A stretch of 64,000 nucleotides of DNA from Candidatus Eiseniibacteriota bacterium (GTDB lineage: Bacteria; Eisenbacteria; RBG-16-71-46; JABDJR01), in NCBI GenBank assembly GCA_963783375.1, contig CAWANH010000029.1, positions 1,344,001 to 1,408,000 of the forward strand, in the 5' to 3' direction. A program made the translations under genes and the position numbers. Shown here in pieces: positions 1-8,849 of this stretch. Under the pieces are notes generated by a model. It made no database searches and was not told the DNA's origin. It saw only the letters and a program-made list of their open reading frames with translations. Each line of letters starts with the position of its first letter. Positions within the stretch are counted from its first letter, which is position 1.

Positions 1-122
1 CGCCGCAGCTGATCCCCATGGTGTCGTGCACCGGGACGTGGAGGGCGAGCACCGCCCCGGTCTGCCCGGTCTGGGCCCATCCTTGCGTCCAGGCCGGCAG
101 GGTCGGCGGCCGCCGTTTTCAT
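1..122 (-). pseudogene. 5' part of a further Cys-rich-domain paralog, apparently frameshifted in the signal peptide; runs off the window edge
   Basis: RBS GGGGAG then ATG at 122 (MKTAAA). A shifted frame reads WAQTGQTGAVLALHVPVHDTMGISCG, matching AQIGQTGAKVVLHAQPHNTKGIVCSG of the 187-2769 protein. Confidence 0.65.
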
Positions 123-144
123 GGCGGAACTCCCCCTTTGAGAA

Positions 145-176
145 TCGAACGCCCGGCGCGAGCACCGGGCGTCCGA
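145..176 (-). terminator. Hairpin just downstream of the 187-2769 gene
   Basis: Inverted repeat acgcccgg...ccgggcgt; the T-tract is weak. Confidence 0.35.
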
Positions 177-186
177 TCGGATCGGA

Positions 187-2769
187 TCAGTGATACTGAT
201 TCTTGAGCCTTCCCCAGGTCGTCTTGACGGTGGGGGTGACCACGCTGGTGCAGGGGTTGAATCCGCTAGTGGCGCCGAAGGCGACGAACCCGGCGTGCCC
301 CGGGTACGCCATGTCGGAGAGCGCCGGCCCCGGGCAGTCCACGATCTGGAATTCGTCCGGAGTGTGCAAGTTCCGGTTCATGTCCACCCGGAACACGTCC
401 GGGCCGTAGGCGTACACGTAGAACGCGCACACCGTCACGTGCACCCCGTAGGGGGGTAGCTCGTGCCGCTGGCAGTTGTCGGTCCGCACCCAGATCAGCC
501 GGTTTCCCCCGCCCGCAGCCGGGAAATCGGTGCTGGAATCCCCGCTGTTCACGCCGTTGGTGTACTCGAGGTCCGAACAGGACACATACCCGAACACGTC
601 GCAGGCTTGTCCGTCGGTCTGGACACCGGCGGTGTTCCCGTATTGCACCCCCAGGCTCACCCCGCTCACCCCGAAGACCGGGTCTGCCTGGGCAATCACG
701 AAATACACGTCGGCTGGGGATTGGATCGGCCACCCCGTGGTGAACTGGTCGCACCGCAGGTTCGGGTCCAGGGCCGCGCAGTCCAGACCCTTCAGGTTGT
801 GGGCCCGGACATGAACGGTCACCACCGCCCGGCTCTGATCCCCCATTCCCCCCCCGGAAGTCCCGGTGGTGAAGCTCACGGTCGAATTCGGAGCGATCGC
901 GTTCCCCGACGCGTCCTGAACGTTCGAAACCTCCACCGTGTAGGAGGTGCTGGCACCCAGGACCGTGGTCAGGGACAACGTCACCTGGGACCCGACCGCC
1001 GTCGCCGAGTTGATGGTGAGGGTCCCCGCGGGATTGGCGGTCGGGTAGACGGCGTAGTTCGGCACCGCGGTCGCGCCCAGGGCCACCGGCTCGCTGAACC
1101 ACACCACCACGGCGTTGGCGCCGGTCGCCCCGGCGGCGTTGGTGAGGGTCGGCGGGGTGGTGTCCACGGTCCCGGTGGTGAAGCCGGCGGTCGAACCCGG
1201 AGCGATGGCGTTACCCGCCAGATCCTGGACGTTCGAGACCTCCACCGTGTAGGCCGTCGACGAGGCCAGGTTCGAGGCCAGGGTGAGGGTCACATTGGAC
1301 AGGGAGGGCGCGGCCGAGTTCACGGTGAGCGGCGACGAAGGATCGGCGGTGGGGTACACGCTGTAGTTGGCGGGGACGTCGGCCCCGGTCCCCACCGTCT
1401 CGCTGAAGCTCAAGCTCACGGTGTTCTGGCCGGAGGTTCCGGTGGCGCTTACCAGCTCGACGGGGGTTGCGTCCCCGGGACCGGTGGTGAAGCTCGCGGT
1501 CGAGTTCGGCGCGACCGGGTTCCCGGCCGGGTCCTCCACGTTCGAGACCTCCACCGTATACGAGGTCGATCCGGCCAGGTTCGGGGACACGGTCAGGGTG
1601 ACGCTATTGTTCAAGGGCGAGGCCAACGTGACGGTCAGGGGCGAGCCGGGATCGCCGCTCGGGTACACGCTGAAGTTGGAAGGCGTGCCGGCCCCGCTGG
1701 ACACGTTTTCACTGAACGCCACGACCACGTGGTCGGTCCCGGCGGCGCCGGAAGCGCTCACCAGGGTGGGGGGCGTGGTGTCCAGATAGCCGGTCACGAA
1801 GCCGATGGTCGAGTTCGGCGCGATCGTGTTCGCGGACAGGTCCTCGACGTTCGAGACCTCCACCGTATACGTGGTGGAACCGGCCAGGTTCTGGACCAGG
1901 GTCAGGGTGACGATGTTGAGGGACACCGCCGCCGAGGTCACGGTCAGGGGGGACGAGGGGTCGCCGGTCGGGTAGACGGCGTAGTTGGATGGGGTGGTGG
2001 CCCCTCCCGACACGGCCTCGCTGAAGGTGATCGAGACCGTCGGAGATCCCGCGGTCCCCGAGGCGCTGATCAGGACCGGCGGGGTCAGGTCCCCCGTTCC
2101 GCCGGAGCCGCAGGGGTTGTACCCCGGCTGGCCGAATCCGACCTTCCCGGCATGGCTGGGATATTCCAGGTCCCAGCCGGCGGGAGTCGGACAGTCGATG
2201 ACCTGGAGCTCGGGCCCGTTCAGCAGATTCTCGTTCCGGGTCACCTCGAACTCGTCGGGACTGTAGGCGTACACGTAGAACACGCAGGCCACCGCGTGCG
2301 CCCCGTCGCTCCCCCGCACCGTCTGCTGGCAGTTGTAGGTGCGGACCCAGATCAGCCGGTTCCCGCCCCCGGAGTACGGCCATTCGTGGGCCACGGTCCC
2401 GTCGGGGCTGTTGGTGTACTCGAGGTCGGAGCAAGCCGTGTAGCCGAAGACGTCACAGCCGATGCCGTCGTTTATGGTGACCGGGTTGGAATACCGGATG
2501 CCGCAGCTCACGCCGCTGATTCCCAGAACCGGGTCGGCCTGTCCCACCACCAGGTAGACATCGGCGCCCGTAGCGAGCGGCCAGGTCGTGGTGAAATCGC
2601 TGCAAGGGAGATTGGGATCCAGCCCGGAGCACACGATCCCCTTGGTGTTGTGGGGCTGGGCGTGGAGGACGACCTTCGCCCCGGTCTGGCCGATCTGGGC
2701 CGAGGCGGGAGCGGAGAGGACAAGGCTCACGAGGGCAAACAACGAGAGGATACCCAGGGTCGGCTTCAA
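187..2769 (-). CDS. Secreted protein: Cys-rich domain, four Ig-like (Big_5/SbsA-like) repeats, second Cys-rich domain, C-terminal TTWGRLKNQYH tail
   Basis: GGAGG RBS before TTG at 2769; signal peptide ending ASA-Q; four ~103-aa repeats starting D(L/T/A)TP; the Cys-rich domain (GGGNRLIWVRTxNCQ...YNPC/FNPC) occurs twice. Confidence 0.9.
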   Translation of the reverse strand: MKPTLGILSLFALVSLVLSAPASAQIGQTGAKVVLHAQPHNTKGIVCSGLDPNLPCSDFTTTWPLATGADVYLVVGQADPVLGISGVSCGIRYSNPVTINDGIGCDVFGYTACSDLEYTNSPDGTVAHEWPYSGGGNRLIWVRTYNCQQTVRGSDGAHAVACVFYVYAYSPDEFEVTRNENLLNGPELQVIDCPTPAGWDLEYPSHAGKVGFGQPGYNPCGSGGTGDLTPPVLISASGTAGSPTVSITFSEAVSGGATTPSNYAVYPTGDPSSPLTVTSAAVSLNIVTLTLVQNLAGSTTYTVEVSNVEDLSANTIAPNSTIGFVTGYLDTTPPTLVSASGAAGTDHVVVAFSENVSSGAGTPSNFSVYPSGDPGSPLTVTLASPLNNSVTLTVSPNLAGSTSYTVEVSNVEDPAGNPVAPNSTASFTTGPGDATPVELVSATGTSGQNTVSLSFSETVGTGADVPANYSVYPTADPSSPLTVNSAAPSLSNVTLTLASNLASSTAYTVEVSNVQDLAGNAIAPGSTAGFTTGTVDTTPPTLTNAAGATGANAVVVWFSEPVALGATAVPNYAVYPTANPAGTLTINSATAVGSQVTLSLTTVLGASTSYTVEVSNVQDASGNAIAPNSTVSFTTGTSGGGMGDQSRAVVTVHVRAHNLKGLDCAALDPNLRCDQFTTGWPIQSPADVYFVIAQADPVFGVSGVSLGVQYGNTAGVQTDGQACDVFGYVSCSDLEYTNGVNSGDSSTDFPAAGGGNRLIWVRTDNCQRHELPPYGVHVTVCAFYVYAYGPDVFRVDMNRNLHTPDEFQIVDCPGPALSDMAYPGHAGFVAFGATSGFNPCTSVVTPTVKTTWGRLKNQYH

Positions 2770-3283
2770 GGTCAGCCTCCTTTCCGGTGAATCGATCACG
2801 GTGGGGGGCCAGGATCGACCTTGCTCCATCTTTTTAGCCCTTTGCCCGAGGATTCACAAGCTTCGAATTGCCCGAAGGGCACGGCGGCTCGATTGTGGCC
2901 GGTGGCTGCGCCGCCGCACCGGAGCCTTGGAGATCATTGGGCGGGAGGGCCCGCGTCGGGGGACGGCGCAACGGGTCCCGGGCGACGGCACAGCGAGTCC
3001 CGGGGGACGGCGCGGTCGGCGTCGGCGGACGGGGTGACCGGCGCCGGTTCCCAGCTGGACGCCCCATGGGGGGACCTGCAACCCGGGAATCGCCCGGGCC
3101 AAGGGCTTGAATCGCGTCCCCCCACTTCAAATATATTAGACGATGTACAAGCCGTCGGTTACGAAAAAAACGGCGTGGGGAGCCCCGGTTCGGCCCGCGA
3201 ACGGTGGGCGGCGCCGACGTCGAAGGCGACCGGATTTGTCCTCTTGCACGGGCGGTTTCAGGTGCGGGCCGTTCGGTCCCGCC

Positions 3284-3466
3284 GTGCTTCCCCGGGGAAG
3301 CAATGTTCGCAATAAAGCTCCGGTCGCGATCCCCGGCCGATAACCCCCGCGTGCTTCCCCGGGTACACAATGTTCGCAATAAGGCTCTGGCCGTGCTTCC
3401 CCGGGTACACAATGTTCGCAATAAGGCTCTGGCGGTGCTTCCCCGGGGAAGCAATGTTCGCAATAA
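3284..3466. repeat. Four copies of a 32-bp repeat GTGCTTCCCCGGG(GAAG/TACA)CAATGTTCGCAATAA
   Basis: Copies start at 3284, 3351, 3393 and 3435. The last three have a 42-bp period. Copies 1 and 4 contain the perfect palindrome TGCTTCCCCGGGGAAGCA. Confidence 0.9.
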
Positions 3467-3494
3467 CGTGTTTATCGCGACGCGGCCTTTGAGA

Positions 3495-4290
3495 CGGTCC
3501 GCGTGCGGGTGGCTGGTCCGGAGCCCGGAGCGCGACCGCGCGGGGCGGCCTGCCCCGGAGCGAGGCGCGAATCGGATACCGCGGTGGGCGCCTCCGACGA
3601 GCCGGCGGCGAGACGGAGGCGGGGTCCCACCGCGGGGGCCGAGCGAGCGAGGAAACGTCCGGGGGACGTTTCGAGCGAGCGCTGAGCGCCGAGACGAGGG
3701 GGCACCGGCCCGAAGGCCGCGTGCCGGCCGGCCGCGCCTCGGGCACGCCCCCTGAATCGGTCCGCGTGCGGGTGGCTGGTCCGGAGCCCGGAGCGCGGCC
3801 GCGCGGGGCGGCCTGCCCCGGAGCGAGGCGCGAATCGGATACCGCGGTGGGCGCCTCCGGCGAGCCGGCGGCGAGACGGAGGCGGGGCCCCGCCGCGGGG
3901 GCCGAGCGAGCGAGGAAACGTCCGGGGGACGTTTCGAGCGAGCGCTGAGCGCCGAGACGAGGGGGCACCGGCCCGAAGGCCGCGTGCCGGAGCCCGCCCG
4001 CCGAGACGGCCCGTGTGCGAGCGGCCGCCCCGGGATACCCGGCCCGAAGGCCGCGTGCCGGGCCCGCCCGCCGAGACGGCCCGTGTGCGAGCGGCCGCCC
4101 CGGGAGACCCGGCCCGAAGGCCGCGCCTCGGGTCCGCCGCACCCGGGACTGCGTTTGGAACCGCGCCAGGTAGCACGCCGGGGGCACCGGCCCGAAGGCC
4201 GCGTGCCGGACCCGGCCCGCGCCTCGAGGTCGCCCCCTGAATCGGTCCGCGTGCGGGTGGCTGGTCGGAGTCCCGGAGCGCGGCCGCGTG
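3495..4290. repeat. Nested palindromic (REP/BIME-like) repeat tract
   Basis: ~263-bp duplication (3495 vs 3758, partial third copy near 4243); ~70-bp tandem unit at 3968-4125; CCGGCCCGAAGGCCGCG hairpin core at 3705, 3968, 4039, 4109 and 4187. Confidence 0.85.
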
Positions 4291-4332
4291 CCGGCCGCGT
4301 GCCGGGGCCGCCCGCGCCCAACCCCGTCCCCG

Positions 4333-4370
4333 AATAAAGAGAGCGGCGGCTCCGTTGGGAGCCGCCGCCC
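4333..4370 (-). terminator. Intrinsic terminator of the 4430-5176 gene
   Basis: Minus strand reads GCGGCGGCTCC-CAAC-GGAGCCGCCGC followed by TCTCTTTATT. Confidence 0.75.
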
Positions 4371-4429
4371 TTTCGATCAGATCTTCGGCCTGGACCGAAG
4401 AACCAAACCGTTCGACCGGTGAGGGTCGA

Positions 4430-5176
4430 CTAGTTGTACTGGTTCTTCAGGTGACCCCAGGTGGTGTTCTCGGTCGGGGTCGAGATGTCGGTACAAGGAT
4501 TGTACTCGGCACCGGTGCCGCCGAACGCGAGCACGCCCGCATGGGCCGGCCAGTCCATGTCGGAGAGCGCAGGACCGGGGCAGTCCACGATCTGGAACTC
4601 GTCCGCGGTCACCAGGTTCCGGTTCATGTCGACGATGAAATTGTCCGGGCTGTAGGCATAGCAGTAGAACACGCAGGCCACGGCCTGAACGCCGTAGGGA
4701 GCCACCACGTTCCGCTGGCAGTTGGTGGTCCGGACCCAGATCAGGCGGTTTCCGCCGCCGGACCAAGGGAACTCGTCCACCGCGGTCCCGGACGGGCTGT
4801 TGGTGTACTGAAGGTCCGAGCAGAACGTGTAACCGAACACGTCCACGCCCACACCGTCAGTGATGGTGTCGTACTCGCTGTACAGAACGCCAAGGCTCAC
4901 GCCGCTGACGCCCAGAGCCGAGTCGGCCTCGGCGATCATCATGTACACGTCGGCGCCGGTTCGCAGCGGCCAGGTGTTGACGAACTGGTCGCAGGGCAGA
5001 GCGGTGTCGATCCCGCCGCACTGGATACCCTTGGTGTTGTGGGCCTGGGCGTGGAGCGCGACCATCGCACCCTCTTGGCCGTTGTGGATCTGGGCGAAGG
5101 CGGATCCGGCGAAAACCATGCCGACTACCGCGGCGATAGCGGCTGCTTTCCCCATCGTCATTAGCACGCGCTTCAT
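4430..5176 (-). CDS. Secreted single Cys-rich-domain protein with C-terminal TTWGHLKNQYN tail (paralog of 187-2769)
   Basis: GGAGG RBS; signal peptide MKRVLM...SAFA-Q; closely similar to both Cys-rich domains of 187-2769. Confidence 0.9.
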   Translation of the reverse strand: MKRVLMTMGKAAAIAAVVGMVFAGSAFAQIHNGQEGAMVALHAQAHNTKGIQCGGIDTALPCDQFVNTWPLRTGADVYMMIAEADSALGVSGVSLGVLYSEYDTITDGVGVDVFGYTFCSDLQYTNSPSGTAVDEFPWSGGGNRLIWVRTTNCQRNVVAPYGVQAVACVFYCYAYSPDNFIVDMNRNLVTADEFQIVDCPGPALSDMDWPAHAGVLAFGGTGAEYNPCTDISTPTENTTWGHLKNQYN

Positions 5177-5429
5177 GAGAGGAGACCTCCTTATTGCGAT
5201 ACGCATCGTTGCGAGAGACTCTCTTTGGTTTGCTGCGGTTCCTCAGGAAACCGCGTCCCCCGGGAGCGCTCCCGGAGGGCTTTTCGGCCACCGGACTCCC
5301 CCGCCGGGAAGCCGACGGGGGGCCCGGGTCCGAAAACGTTGTCCGGCAGTCATCCGACTGCGGGAACTTGATACCCAGTAAGTCTACCAGAGATCAAGCC
5401 CCCCAGCCAAGGGCCATTTGCCGACCAGG

Positions 5430-6170
5430 TTACGGGCAGACGCCCATGACGTGGCAGATCAGGCTCTTGGAGTTCTTGATGTAGTCGGCCGCGATGGACG
5501 CGTCCGCACCGGAACCGCCGTCCCCGTAGTCGTGTCCAGTCACGCCGCCGGTGTAGTCGCTGCAGAGATCGACCAGACCGTTCTTGAACTGGGGCGCGTG
5601 GTAGGCGCCGTCGTTCGCCGAAACGGTGCTGACACCAGCCTCGCAGGTGCTCTCTCCGTCGGGGTTGACCTGCGTGTAGGTGCACTTGTGGCCGACGCCG
5701 TTCACCACGTCGGGCGAATTGACCTGGGACTGGCGCAACGGCACGAAGTCGGCATCGATCTGCGTGATGTACAGGGTCCCGTTGGCGGCTGCGTAAGGGG
5801 CGTTCTCGATGCAGGCGCCGCCGGCGATGTTGAAGGTAGCTTCCCCGTTCGCGTCGGCCACCGCCGTGTAGGTCCGGTAGGGCTCGTCCGTGCACTCCAG
5901 GTGAGAGGGTGCGTCCCCAAGCTGGAGGGGATCGGACCAGGCAATGAGCCGGGTGGCGTCGGGCGAGAACGTGATGGTCACCACCGCGCCCTGGACCGGC
6001 CCGAGCTGGCCGTTGACGACGATGACGACGGGAAAGTTGCCGTCCGGGGTGATCGTGATGAAGTCCGGAACGACGCTGAGACTGGCGTCAGGAATGTTGG
6101 CCATGGCCCCGGTGGACACGATGGCGAGGGCCGCCGCCGCGATGAGGCCGGCACGAAGGAAACGAGTCAT
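5430..6170 (-). CDS. Secreted hypothetical protein: Ig-like N-terminal part plus degenerate dockerin/EF-hand-like C-terminus
   Basis: GGAGG RBS; signal peptide MTRFLR...GAMA; motifs SPD...VSANDG and CSDY...DGGSGADASI; several Cys. The dockerin-like call is by eye only. Confidence 0.8.
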   Translation of the reverse strand: MTRFLRAGLIAAAALAIVSTGAMANIPDASLSVVPDFITITPDGNFPVVIVVNGQLGPVQGAVVTITFSPDATRLIAWSDPLQLGDAPSHLECTDEPYRTYTAVADANGEATFNIAGGACIENAPYAAANGTLYITQIDADFVPLRQSQVNSPDVVNGVGHKCTYTQVNPDGESTCEAGVSTVSANDGAYHAPQFKNGLVDLCSDYTGGVTGHDYGDGGSGADASIAADYIKNSKSLICHVMGVCP

Positions 6171-6436
6171 GGATGCACCTCCGAGTTGATATGCGCTGTA
6201 TCGTCGCTCTACGGGTCCTGGAAGACCCCGATAGGCTTCGGGAACGTCGAGCGGTGGCGGAAATCCGTTGGTCCCCCCGGGGAACCGCCGCCGGTGAACC
6301 GACCCTCTCGGGCCGCCTCCGGTGGCGCTTCGGGAGATTTGCCATCCCACGGTCGCGAGCCACCGCCCGCTCCCAGGAGCCCCCAGGGCCGGTCTTCAAG
6401 GACCCAACCGTCTCCGGGGATCTCCAGGCTGTGAAC

Positions 6437-6465
6437 AGTGTAGGCGGGGGTTAACGAAATGTCAA
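6437..6465 (-). promoter_or_regulatory. Sigma70-type promoter for the surface-protein cluster
   Basis: TTGACA-17 bp-TACACT on the minus strand, in an AT-rich patch. Confidence 0.7.
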
Positions 6466-6521
6466 GGAAACTTTAAGGGGACTTCACATTCAGGGGGGGA
6501 TCCGGCCCCCCTTCCAAGGGG

Positions 6522-6598
6522 TGGTGGGCGAAACAGGGTTCGAACCTGTGACCTCTTGCGTGTAAGGCAAGCGCTCTAACCAGCTGAGCTATTCGCCC
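6522..6598 (-). tRNA. tRNA-Val(TAC) with encoded CCA
   Basis: Reverse complement GGGCGAATAGCTCAGCTGGTTAGAGCGCTTGCCTTACACGCAAGAGGTCACAGGTTCGAACCCTGTTTCGCCCACCA folds as a canonical cloverleaf. Confidence 0.97.
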
Positions 6599-6894
6599 TT
6601 CTGCGGATCCTCCCCCGTGGCGGCGGCCCCACGCTCCCCCCGGCCCGCGGCCAGGCCGTAGGGGACGAGCACGCAGTACCCCAGGACGAGGAGGATGGGG
6701 GCGGCGGTGATCGACCCCCGGCTCAAGAGCAAGAACCCCAGCAGGATGGACACCAGGGCCCCGGCCAGGGCCAGGTAGTTCCGGTTCCCCAGCACCAGCC
6801 CGGCGGGGGCGGAGCGCGGGCGGGCCCGGTCGGCGGCCGCGCCCCCGGTCTTGTGAGCCTTGCGGGGTCGGACCTTGGTCGTTTCGTTCACCAC
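6589..6894 (-). CDS. Small membrane protein, DUF3098-like
   Basis: GGAG RBS then GTG; NY...GFLLL...SITAAPILLVLGY two-TM pattern; the stop codon lies inside the tRNA 5' end. Confidence 0.75.
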   Translation of the reverse strand: MVNETTKVRPRKAHKTGGAAADRARPRSAPAGLVLGNRNYLALAGALVSILLGFLLLSRGSITAAPILLVLGYCVLVPYGLAAGRGERGAAATGEDPQKGE

Positions 6895-6955
6895 GTGAGG
6901 ATCTCCTTCCGGCCTAGACCGGCGCGAGGGGGCATTCCCCCACCTCCGCCTCGTT

Positions 6956-7975
6956 TCAGGGCGGCCCCGGGGCACGACGGGCCTCGCGGCGGCGGTACTC
7001 CTCGGCCCGCTTCCGGTTCCGGCGGTGCTCGTCGAAGTCCCGGGCGAACAGATGGGTGCCGTCCCCCCGGGCCACGAAATACAGCTCCTTGGACTCCGGG
7101 GTCGGCCAAAGAACCGCCCGGAGCGAACCGAGCCCCGGGCTTCCGATCGGACCCGGGGGAAGCCCGGGCCACCGGTACGTATTATACGGGGAAGGGTTCT
7201 CCAGGTCTTCCAGGAGGGTTTTCGGCCGCCGTTCCCCGAGAGCGTAGTTTACGGTGGGATCCGCCTGGAGCGGGAGCCCCACACGGAGCCGGTTCAGGAA
7301 GACCGCGGCGATCCGGGGCCGCTCCTCGGGCACCCGGGCCTCCGCCTCCACGATCGAGGCCAGGGTCACCACCTGGTTCAAGTCGAGCGGCGTCGATCCC
7401 GCCCGCGCGGCCAGATGCGTCCGCCAGACCCGGAAGAACTGGCCCACCATCTCCCGAACCGCCTCCCGGGCCGGGGAGCCGGGAACGATCCGGTAGGTGT
7501 CGGGGAACAGGTAGCCTTCGGCGGTCGGGCCGGGGACCCCCAGGGAGCGGACGAAGGCGCTGTCGGTGGCCGCGGCCATGAAACTGTCCGCGCCGCCCTC
7601 CACCCAGGGGTCCACGCGCCGGGCGATCTCGGCCATCCAGAGCCCTTCGGGAATGGTGACCGAGGTGTCCTCGACGTCTCCCGCGGCCAGCCGATTGACC
7701 AGCTCCCACGCCCACTCGTCCGAGGACCCGCGGTAGGGTCCGGCCTTCAGATCCCTGGACTTCCCCATGACGACGGCCAGAGCGGAGAACGCCCGCCGCT
7801 CGCGAATCAGCCCCACCCCGTGCAGGGTCACCGCGATCTCGGACAGGCCCTCCCCCGGCTCCACCACGAAGGAGGTCTCGTAGGGGTGGGACGGCTGGAC
7901 CGGGGAGAGGAGCGCGAGGAGGAACGCCAGGATCCCGGCCGCCAGGACCACGGGCAGGAGCCGGAGCTTACGCAC
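6956..7975 (-). CDS. mltG: Endolytic transglycosylase MltG
   Basis: TIPEG, EGYLFPDTY, LASIVEAE, LQADPTV and SPYNTY...GLPPGPI motifs. Confidence 0.95.
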   Translation of the reverse strand: MRKLRLLPVVLAAGILAFLLALLSPVQPSHPYETSFVVEPGEGLSEIAVTLHGVGLIRERRAFSALAVVMGKSRDLKAGPYRGSSDEWAWELVNRLAAGDVEDTSVTIPEGLWMAEIARRVDPWVEGGADSFMAAATDSAFVRSLGVPGPTAEGYLFPDTYRIVPGSPAREAVREMVGQFFRVWRTHLAARAGSTPLDLNQVVTLASIVEAEARVPEERPRIAAVFLNRLRVGLPLQADPTVNYALGERRPKTLLEDLENPSPYNTYRWPGLPPGPIGSPGLGSLRAVLWPTPESKELYFVARGDGTHLFARDFDEHRRNRKRAEEYRRREARRAPGPP

Positions 7976-8393
7976 CCCGCTCTCCCCGGGCCGCCGCCGC
8001 GAGATGCTCCTCCAGGAGCAGCAGGGCCGCGGTCTGATCCACCCGTCCCGGCGCGGGGCGGGTCTCTCCCCGCTCCCGGAGGAAGTCCCGGGCCGCCTCG
8101 GAGGTCAGGCGTTCGTCGAGGTAGCGGACGGCGAAGCCTCCGGCGGCCAGCGCCGCCCCCAGCTTTCGCGCCCGCGCCGCCGAGGCCCCCTCGCTGCCGT
8201 CCATGTTGAGGGGGAGCCCCACCAGGACCAGGTCGGCGCCGGTCTCCCGGGCCGTCTCCAGAACCTTCGAGGCGGCCTCGCGCGCGCTGTGAACGGCCAG
8301 GGTGGGAAGCGGCCGCGCCACCACCCCGGTGGGATCGCTCACCGCCAGCCCCACCCGCTTCGTTCCCCAGTCCACGGCCAGGACCCGCGTCAC
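7968..8393 (-). CDS. ruvX: YqgF/RuvX family nuclease (pre-16S rRNA processing)
   Basis: VLAVDWGTKRVGLAVSD, VGLPLNMDG, DERLTS and VDQTAA; GTG start overlaps the upstream stop. Confidence 0.93.
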   Translation of the reverse strand: MTRVLAVDWGTKRVGLAVSDPTGVVARPLPTLAVHSAREAASKVLETARETGADLVLVGLPLNMDGSEGASAARARKLGAALAAGGFAVRYLDERLTSEAARDFLRERGETRPAPGRVDQTAALLLLEEHLAAAARGERGA

Positions 8394-8818
8394 CCCTTCT
8401 CCTCGGCGTCGCCCCCGTCCCGCTTGCTGCGATGCTTGACCAGGCGAACCAGGGTTCCCCGGGAGAAGTCGAACTCCACCTCGTCCATCATCGACCGCAT
8501 GATATAGATGCCGCGGCCGCGGGTGGCCAGAAGGTCGGGAGGGGGAAGAGCCCCCGCCCGCTGGGGATCGAATCCCCCTCCCACGTCTTCGATGGTGATG
8601 GTGAGGGTGTCCTTCTCGATCTCGAAGGTGACGCTCACCGACTTCTGCGCTTCGGCGTGATGGCCGTGCTGAATGGCGTTGGTGCAAGCCTCGATCACCG
8701 AAATGGCCACCGCGTCCCGGTCCACATCCTCGAACTCCATGTGCTCGGTGATTCCGTCGGCCAGCTTGTCCACGACTCCCAGCAGCTCGAGGCGACTCGG
8801 CAGGCTCAGCTGAATCAT
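8390..8818 (-). CDS. RsbW-like anti-sigma factor / Ser kinase (HATPase_c_2)
   Basis: EACTNAIQHG, D-x-G-x-G-F-D and GRGIYIMRSMMDEV. Confidence 0.9.
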   Translation of the reverse strand: MIQLSLPSRLELLGVVDKLADGITEHMEFEDVDRDAVAISVIEACTNAIQHGHHAEAQKSVSVTFEIEKDTLTITIEDVGGGFDPQRAGALPPPDLLATRGRGIYIMRSMMDEVEFDFSRGTLVRLVKHRSKRDGGDAEEKG

Positions 8819-8849
8819 GTGTCCACCCTTGGGGTCAGGCATGGTCGGG

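Noticed and set aside
3284-3466. CRISPR array
   Set aside because: Only one gap is spacer-sized (35 bp). The other two are near-identical 10-mers, and there are no cas genes in the window.
2834-4337. Long Arg/Pro/Gly-rich ORFs across the repeat tract
   Set aside because: These are shadow ORFs of GC-rich repeats, with no motifs or RBS.
6480-6598. tRNA-Val as an integration site for the left-hand cluster
   Set aside because: There is no integrase and no duplicated tRNA 3' end in the window, and base composition does not visibly change.
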